DNA of 32,000 nt from Archaeoglobus fulgidus DSM 4304 (GTDB lineage: Archaea > Halobacteriota > Archaeoglobi > Archaeoglobales > Archaeoglobaceae): NCBI RefSeq assembly GCF_000008665.1, contig NC_000917.1, forward strand, positions 1,800,001 to 1,832,000, given 5' to 3'. Position 1 is the stretch's first letter; the number at the start of each line of letters is the position of its first letter. Shown one piece after another: positions 25,167 to 32,000 of this stretch. The notes below the pieces were generated by a model. That model was not told the origin of the DNA. It did no database searches and saw nothing but the letters and a program-made list of their open reading frames with translations. The translations under genes and the position numbers were made by a program.

Positions 25167-26969
25167 TTAACTTCTCCTTCTGTAACCCACAACTGCCGTC
25201 AACCCAACAAGGGCTGTTGCGAGAGCCATGACGGACTCGTAGCTCGTCGCCTTGGCACCGCTGACGAGGGTGATTTTTGGCGATGTCTGCTCGTTCATTG
25301 AGAGGATGGGGTCAATACCCACAATGAATGCGTCGAGGAGCTTGTAGTCTTCGCTACCCTGAATCTGGTAGAAGATTACGACTGTCTGGTTGTTTTCGAT
25401 TTCGGTGTAGTCGTCGTAAGCGCCATCCCCATCTGCGCTGGCGTTAATGGGGCGTATTCTCCACCAGTAACCGGTGTCGTATCCTGACAATTGAATGTTA
25501 GTTATAGTTTCAGGACCTCCAGCAAGCATAGAAGATTTGTTGACCCAGTCTCCATCCCTATCCTGCGGGTCTTTCCAGTCATTATCTCCATTGGTCAGTG
25601 AGAAATTCTTCGGAATCAGGTCGTAAACATAGACGTATGGTGATTCCTGCCCTCCAAGGTTCTCCACGACAAGGGTTATGTTGTAAATGTCATTGCCCGC
25701 TGACTCCACGTGCTTTGTAACCTTCACAAGGTAGCTGCCGATGACGTAGATTCTTTCGATGATGTAGGTGTTGCCACCGTCTGTGATTTTATCCTGCCCA
25801 ACTCCCCATCCGTAGTTGGCATCTTCAACCAGCCTGAAGGTCACGTTGCCCCAGATGATTGGGACTTTGTCATATTGGAAGCTAAGGTCTTTTGAAGTGA
25901 AGCTCTCATCCCTTCCAATTTGTACATTTACAGTTGTATTCTCGTATCTTGCGCCATTAATTTCATTGTAATTCCGATCAGTCGCCCACACCTTCACGCT
26001 CTTCACGATATAAGTAAGTCCTGTTGCAGTGTTCTTTATCGTAACATTCCCTGTCCACTGGTTGCTGTTATCAGGCCCGCTCTTGTTAACACCAATGCTC
26101 GCATTGCCGATTGCAAAGACGTCAATTATCTTTGTACCGCTGATGTTTCCGTTTATGGGTCCAAACTGGAAATAAGCTTCACCGAATCCGACCAGTCTTG
26201 ATACGAACGCTTCGTCTGTGGAGTAATTGCCTTTAACTTTGAAGGTCGTGGTTAACCATTTATTGTTGTCAAGAGTTCCACTTATTATTTGTTTAGGATT
26301 AGAACTACCATCCGCAAATTCTAAAGTCTTCCAGTTAGTGTCATAACTCGTATTCAAGTTCTTGTTCACAGTCAGGGTTACTGAAGATGGTTTGCCTCCC
26401 AACCCCGTGCTACTCCACCACGTATCATTCAGCGAAACGTTGAAGTAAACCGTCCAAGTGTAGTCTCCACCCTTAGGAATCTTTGCGGGGTCGTATTTCT
26501 CCTCTACGATGAAAGGTGCACCATTTTGTATTTCTGGTGTCTCGGTAACATCATAGGCAACGTATTTTGACTCTCCCGGTCCCAGCCTCGGTATGTGGAT
26601 AATACAATCTGCACCTGATGTATCAAATCCTCCCTCGTTTGTGAGTTTACTTGGCACATCGCCTGAATCTAGTATCTGAACGCCCGTTGATATTGCACTA
26701 CACGATCCATCATTCAACCCAATATCAACCGCCACCCAGATGTCCATTATATCCTCATTAGCATTGTTTGTCACATTGATAATCCCTTTAACATCCGTTT
26801 GATATTCAAAAGTCCCCACTCCGTTCGCCGCGTCAGTCATGTTTATCGTACTATTCACCCTCTCCTCGATGCTCACCTCTAATGGCGCCGCTGAAGTGTT
26901 AATGGTAATAATTGTGAGTACAATAATCATCGCTACGAGCCCTATTTTTCCCAATCTCCCAGCTGACAT
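25167..26969 (-). CDS. Large secreted, C-terminally anchored surface protein
   Basis: Signal peptide [23 protein letters not shown] from ATG 26969; many N-glycosylation sequons; beta-rich repeats; terminal [24 protein letters not shown] anchor. The track start at 27026 lies upstream of the likely start, given TTTTTTATATATG on the minus strand near 26990-27002. Confidence 0.7.
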
Positions 26970-27085
26970 GCTCGTAATGGTGATAAGCATATATAAAAAA
27001 TTTTCGAGTTTTTGAATACATCGCAAATGAAGAATATAAACCCCACCGGAAACGTTTAATACTTCCTCGATTTTTTGATTCTGAA

Positions 27086-28507
27086 ATGACCGAAAACGGC
27101 AGGTACGAGTACATAGTCATTGGCAGCGAAGCTGCCGGTGTAGGTCTTGTTAGAGAGCTGACTGCTGCGGGCAAAAAAGTTCTTGCCGTTGATAAGTCCA
27201 AGGAAAAAATCGAGCTGCTCGAAGACGAGGGGTTCGACGCTGTAATTGCTGATCCGACCGATGAGAGCTTTTACAGAAGCCTCGACCTGGAGGGAGTTTC
27301 TGCCGTGCTCATCACAGGCTCGGATGATGAGTTCAACCTTAAAATCCTAAAAGCGCTGCGCAGCGTTTCCGATGTGTACGCCATCGTAAGAGTTTCTTCT
27401 CCCAAAAAGAAGGAGGAGTTCGAGGAGGCTGGGGCAAACCTCGTGGTGCTTGTGGCCGATGCCGTAAAGCAGGCGTTCATGGACAAAATAAAGAAGATGG
27501 AGACTCTGAAGAAGATAGAAAAGCTCAAGAGAATAATGGAGTCGCTGAGAGGCAAGAGGCTCGGCATCTTCACCCACGACAATCCCGATCCGGATTCGAT
27601 GTCGTCGGCCTACGCCCTGAGGGAAATAGCCAAGCAGTTCGACGTGATTGCGGACATCCTTTACTACGGAGAGATTCTTCATCAGAAAAACAGGGCGATG
27701 GTCAATCTTCTTGAAATACCTATGATCCGGGCTCCGGAAGTTGACTTAAGCCACTATGATGCGTTTGCAATCGTCGATTCTTCCGGGCCGGGCGTCAACA
27801 ACTCTATTCCCCCAGACATAGACATCTCCATCGTAATCGACCACCATCCTGCCGAGAAGGTCGTGGCGGAGTTCGTTGACCTCAGAGAGGACGTGGGTGC
27901 AACAGCTACAATCCTTACAGAGTACATAAAGGAGCTGAAGATAACTCCTAGCAAGATTCTCGCAACCGCGCTCTTCTTCGGAATAAAAAGCGAAACGGAC
28001 GAGTTCAAGAGGAACACCAGAACCGCAGACTTCTTGGCCTGCGCCTTCCTTTACCCCTTCGTTGATCAGGATTTGATAGAGAAAATAGAGAGCCCTTCAA
28101 TCTCAACGGAGACGCTCGACATTCTGGGCACCGCAATCAAAAACCGGCAGGTTTACTCCAGCTTTCTCATCAGCTTTGCGGGGTTCATCAACGACAGGGA
28201 TGCCCTCCCCCAAGCAGCAGATTTTCTGCTGAAGCTTGAAGGCATTTCCACCGTAGTCGTTTTCGGCGTGATAAAGGACACGGTTTACGTCTCCGCCAGA
28301 AACAAGGACGTTAGAATCCACATGGGAGAGGTGCTCAGGAGGGCTTTTGGGGACGTCGGAAGTGCCGGTGGACACGCACATGCTGCGGGAGCGCAAATTC
28401 CGCTCGGAATCTTCGGAGAGACGAACGAAAAGGACTTGCTCGCCAAGCTGATAACGGAGGCAATTACAAAGAGGCTGCTTTCGGCAGTGGGAATGGAGCA
28501 GAGCTAA
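27086..28507 (+). CDS. RCK_N (TrkA-N) domain fused to DHH-family phosphoesterase
   Basis: N-terminal [30 protein letters not shown] (Rossmann/RCK); DHH motifs [30 protein letters not shown]; DHHA1-like [15 protein letters not shown]. Confidence 0.9.
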
Positions 28508-28538
28508 ATTTAAATGCCCAGTTCAAAACTGAGGCTGG

Positions 28539-29144
28539 ATGAGGCTGAACATAGTCGTCGTTGGTGTTGGCGGGCAGGGAGCTCTCACAACTTCGGGGAT
28601 AATAGCAAGGGCAGCGATGAGGGCCGGATTGAATGTGGTCACCGCTGAAACCCACGGGATGGCCCAAAGGGGGGGAAGTGTTGAGGTTCACGTGAGAATC
28701 GGAGACGTCAGGGCCCCACTAATCCCGGAAGGCGGGGCGGATGTGATGATCGCTCTTGAGCCTGCTGAGGCTCTACGCTACGCGAAGTTTCTTAACAAAA
28801 ACACTCTCGTTATACTCAACACGAGAAAGATCATCCCCCCTTCCGTTACCGCAGGGACGGCAAAATATCCCGAGCTGGATGAGATTATCGGCGAGCTGAG
28901 AAAAGTTACTCCGAGAGTTATACCCGTAAACGCTTCAGAAATTGCGGAAAAGGCTGGAAGTGTGCTGGCAACAAATGTCGTCGTTGTGGGGATGCTTTTC
29001 GGCTATTACAGCATGCCCTTCGGTATCGAGCACGTCGAGGAGGCAATAAGAGAGACGATGAAGAGCAAAATCGTTGACCTTAACCTGAAAGCATTAAAAA
29101 TGGGGTATAATCAGGCTATATCAGGCCGGCCCTCTGCAGTATGA
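28539..29144 (+). CDS. iorB: Indolepyruvate ferredoxin oxidoreductase beta subunit
   Basis: VVVGVGGQGALTTSGIIARAAMRAGLNVVTAETHGMAQRGGSVEVHVRIG, gamma-type 2-oxoacid oxidoreductase domain. Confidence 0.88.
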   Translation: MRLNIVVVGVGGQGALTTSGIIARAAMRAGLNVVTAETHGMAQRGGSVEVHVRIGDVRAPLIPEGGADVMIALEPAEALRYAKFLNKNTLVILNTRKIIPPSVTAGTAKYPELDEIIGELRKVTPRVIPVNASEIAEKAGSVLATNVVVVGMLFGYYSMPFGIEHVEEAIRETMKSKIVDLNLKALKMGYNQAISGRPSAV

Positions 29145-29976
29145 GCAAGTCCTCAGTTTCTATTTTCTCCCCTCTCTTGAACATCTCGTAGATTTCCTTC
29201 GCCCTTCTTATCAGCTCTTCCTTCTCCCTCTGCTCCTTGGTCTTGACCTGCTTCGACTTCAGGGCCTTTATGACCTTCTCAAGGTCCTTGATGTCCTTTC
29301 TCCTCTTTATTGCCTCGTTGTGGCACCTGTCCGCCTCCTTCTTGCTTTCGATGAATTTCTCATGCATTTCATCCGCAAGCTTCCTCATCTCGTCAATCTC
29401 GCTGAACATCTGAGTCAGCTGCTCATGGTACTTGTCAGCCTCTTCAGCATAGGCTTTCAGCTCGTTCAGCAGCTCCCTTGCCTGATCCTTCAGCTCCCTT
29501 ATTCTTGAAATCAGTCTCTTGAACTCCTCATGCCTCTCAAGCTGAGCCTTCCTCTCCTCCAGCTCCTTTCTGAGCTTCGCAATCCTCTCGACCAGAGCCC
29601 TCTCCTTCTCTATTGTAAGCACGGCTGTCTGCTGCTTGAACTCCAGGCGCCTGATTTCCTTTTCAATCTCTCCCAGCGGCCTGCCTCCCTTATCGATGCT
29701 CCTTCTGAGCTTGTCCACTTCCTTGTAAAGCGCATCGACTTCCTTGAAGATTTCATTCCTCTTCGCCCTAATCTCCTTTACCTTTGCGTTCAGCTCGTCC
29801 CTCTTTGCCTTTACCTCTTTTGTGGCAGCGAGCATCTCCCTGACTTTCTTGTTGAGCTCGTCTCTTCTATTTGCGTACTCCCTCGCGGCGGCGTTTAGCT
29901 CATCCCTCTTCTTTATGAAATCCTGAAGCTCCTTCTCAAGTTGCTCTTTCCTTTCCTCCAACTTCTCCAGCATCAT
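29116..29976 (-). CDS. Long coiled-coil protein of archaeal type (COG1340-like)
   Basis: 286 aa, continuous charged heptads (KLEERKEQLEKELQDFIKKRDELNAAAREYANRRDELNKKVREM...). Confidence 0.8.
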   Translation of the reverse strand: MMLEKLEERKEQLEKELQDFIKKRDELNAAAREYANRRDELNKKVREMLAATKEVKAKRDELNAKVKEIRAKRNEIFKEVDALYKEVDKLRRSIDKGGRPLGEIEKEIRRLEFKQQTAVLTIEKERALVERIAKLRKELEERKAQLERHEEFKRLISRIRELKDQARELLNELKAYAEEADKYHEQLTQMFSEIDEMRKLADEMHEKFIESKKEADRCHNEAIKRRKDIKDLEKVIKALKSKQVKTKEQREKEELIRRAKEIYEMFKRGEKIETEDLLILQRAGLI

Positions 29977-30173
29977 GCTCTCACAACAGCGTTTTTTTGA
30001 AGAACTCTGAAGTCACTTAACAGCCATTTCAAAAGCTGGATTTAAACTTTTCTCTTGTTTGCTTCCGTGCTGGTGCTGCCCGCTAAAACGAATGATAACT
30101 CTCATCACTTTAATTGTTATGATGGGAAAACTTTTTACCTGACGCATCAAAGTAGAAAATAGTGAAGAATGAG

Positions 30174-32000
30174 GTGAGCAGGAAAAGCATAACCGAAGCC
30201 GATGACGAGACTCTTAAGATAATAGCGGAGCGCAGCCCAGACCCAGTCCTGATTCACGATGGTGAGAGAGTTCTTTACGCCAACCCCAAAGCGTTAGAGT
30301 ACGTATCCGCCGAAGAGCTGATGAAAAGAAAGCTGGTCGAGTTCATTCACCCCGACTACAGGGCGATTGCTGTCGAGAGGATGACCAAGGTCATGAAGGG
30401 CGAGAGTGTGGAGCCCTACGAAGAGCTTTTTGTCCTTCCAGACGGTAGAGAGGTGTGGCTCGAAACGAACCCTACTCCCATAACCTTCAGAGGCAAAAGG
30501 GCTGTTTTGCTCATTCTCCGAGATGTTACTGCGAGAAGAAGAACTGAGGAGAGGTACAGGGATTTCTTCGAGAACTCGTTGGACATAATAGCGGTGACTG
30601 ATCTCAAGGGAAACTTCGTGGAGGTTAACAGAGCCTTTGAGGAGGTCTTCGGCTACTCCAGGGATGAGGTGAGGGGAAGAAACTTTGCGGAAGTCCTGAA
30701 ACTCAGCAAGGATGTGGCAGAGGAGATTTTCAGGAGCTACAACAAAGCTTTCAGAGAGAGAAAAAATGTTTACGGGCTTTTGTTCAAGGTCAGGCGAAAG
30801 GATGGGAAAGAGATAATCGTTGAAGGCAACGTAAGGCTTTTGTGGGAAGGAAGCAAAGTCAAAGGGTTCGTGGGGAACTTCAGGGACGTGACCGACAGGG
30901 TCAGGCTGGAAGAGAGGCTGAGGGAGAGCCAGGAAAGGTACAGATCTATTTTCAACTACTCACCCCTCGCCATCATCGTGTTCAACGACAGGGCTGAAAT
31001 AGTAGATTGGAACAAGAAGGCTGAGGATATTTTCGGCTGGAAAAAGGAGGAGGCTCTTGGAAAAAATATCATCGAGCTGCTCGTTCCGGAGCATTTGAGG
31101 GGAGAAATTCAGCTAATCGCGGAAAGAATCCTGGAGGGAGAGGTTTACACGCACTCGATAAACGAGAATTTAACGAAAGACGGTAGGGTCATAACGTGTG
31201 AGTGGCACAACACGATTTACAGGGACGCAAAAGGGAGGATTTACGGCCTCTCCATTGTCCAGGACATTACTGATAAGATAAAGATGGAGAGAAAGTTGAA
31301 AGAGAGTGAAGAAAGGTATAGAAGCGTTTTTACGCATGCTCCAGTTCTTATTGCAATTTTGGACAAAGATGGGCGGTTCGTTGAGGCGAATCCCGCAATG
31401 GTGAAAAGCATCGGAGAAAATCCGGTTGGAAAAGAGCTCTCCGAAATTTTCCCAAAGGACGTCGCGGAAAGGAGGCTTAATCATTTGAAGAAAGCACTCG
31501 AAGAGGGGGAGCTGGTTGAGTTCGAAGACGAGAGGGGCGGAAAGTACTTCATAAACTTCTACCTACCCCTCGAGCTTGAAGGGGAGAAGCACTGTCTGGT
31601 AATAGCCCAGGATATCACCGAACTCAGGAAACTGAACAAGCTGCTCAGAGAAATGGTCGAAGTAAATGAAGCCATAGTCCGAATTGGCGAACGTGAGGAA
31701 CTGGTGAAGAAGATAGAAGAGATTCTTTCAGACTACTCGGCGAAGATTAGAGATAGCGGGCAGGGAGAGTGCCTGGAAATCAGGTACGGTGATAAAACCT
31801 ACGGTTATCTATGTGTTGAGAACGTTGACGAGGAGATGAAACCCCTGTTGAAAGCCCTCACAGATGACCTCGCATTTGCCTTCAAATCAATGGAGGATGA
31901 GGAGAGAAGGGAAGAGCTGCTCAAACAGCTTGTTGAGAATATCAGAACGATAGCATACCTTGTTGACAGGATTAGGAATCCGCTTGCTGCTATCAGAGCT
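30174..32000 (+). CDS. Multi-PAS sensor histidine kinase-like protein, truncated by the right edge
   Basis: Hand translation from GTG 30174: VSRKSITEADDETLKIIAERSSPDPVLIHDGERVLYANPKALEYV... Four PAS-like segments begin at about SSPDPVLIHD, NSLDIIAVTD, YSPLAIIVFN and HAPVLIAILD. It ends ...AYLVDRIRNPLAAIRA at the window edge. Absent from the ORF track. Confidence 0.85.
   Translation, partial: MSRKSITEADDETLKIIAERSPDPVLIHDGERVLYANPKALEYVSAEELMKRKLVEFIHPDYRAIAVERMTKVMKGESVEPYEELFVLPDGREVWLETNPTPITFRGKRAVLLILRDVTARRRTEERYRDFFENSLDIIAVTDLKGNFVEVNRAFEEVFGYSRDEVRGRNFAEVLKLSKDVAEEIFRSYNKAFRERKNVYGLLFKVRRKDGKEIIVEGNVRLLWEGSKVKGFVGNFRDVTDRVRLEERLRESQERYRSIFNYSPLAIIVFNDRAEIVDWNKKAEDIFGWKKEEALGKNIIELLVPEHLRGEIQLIAERILEGEVYTHSINENLTKDGRVITCEWHNTIYRDAKGRIYGLSIVQDITDKIKMERKLKESEERYRSVFTHAPVLIAILDKDGRFVEANPAMVKSIGENPVGKELSEIFPKDVAERRLNHLKKALEEGELVEFEDERGGKYFINFYLPLELEGEKHCLVIAQDITELRKLNKLLREMVEVNEAIVRIGEREELVKKIEEILSDYSAKIRDSGQGECLEIRYGDKTYGYLCVENVDEEMKPLLKALTDDLAFAFKSMEDEERREELLKQLVENIRTIAYLVDRIRNPLAAIRA

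Noticed and set aside
26899-28396. Minus-strand ORFs opposite the RCK_N-DHH gene
   Set aside because: Shadow ORFs of a strongly supported coding region.
29980-30161. Small RNA gene in the coiled-coil / PAS kinase intergenic region
   Set aside because: AT-rich with possible divergent promoter elements but no stable fold or box C/D motif that I could defend by eye.

Overview
Euryarchaeal chromosomal window. The gene content and codon style look like Archaeoglobus; this is recognition only, no search was run. Most genes are densely packed and ordinary. In order they are: an HdrC-like N-terminus cut by the left edge; a PH-like membrane protein; adenosylhomocysteinase; a Fap7/AK6-like kinase; hisC; a 49-aa ORF absent from the supplied track; mfnA; mobA/moaA; a RibD-like reductase; an HTH regulator divergent from a radical SAM/SPASM gene; an orphan gene; a VapBC-type toxin-antitoxin pair beside tRNA-Pro(UGG); a seven-gene co-directional catabolic-type cluster (CoA ligase, MFS, TPP enzyme, SDR, HADH, TauE, Fe-ADH); an actin/ParM-like ATPase with ribbon-helix-helix-like proteins on both sides; a short luciferase-fold protein plus a second hisC; a four-gene envelope cluster; an RCK_N-DHH phosphoesterase; iorB; a coiled-coil protein; and a right-truncated multi-PAS sensor kinase. 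The best candidates for something undescribed are: (1) the actin-like/RHH module at 18372-20542; (2) the four-gene envelope cluster at 22420-26969, where two membrane proteins share a related PIN-like cytosolic tail; (3) a tRNA-Pro 3'-end-like direct repeat that, together with the tRNA, brackets the VapBC pair; (4) the seven-gene cluster of unknown substrate; and (5) a sensor kinase whose H-box-like motif has Asp at the expected phospho-acceptor His position.
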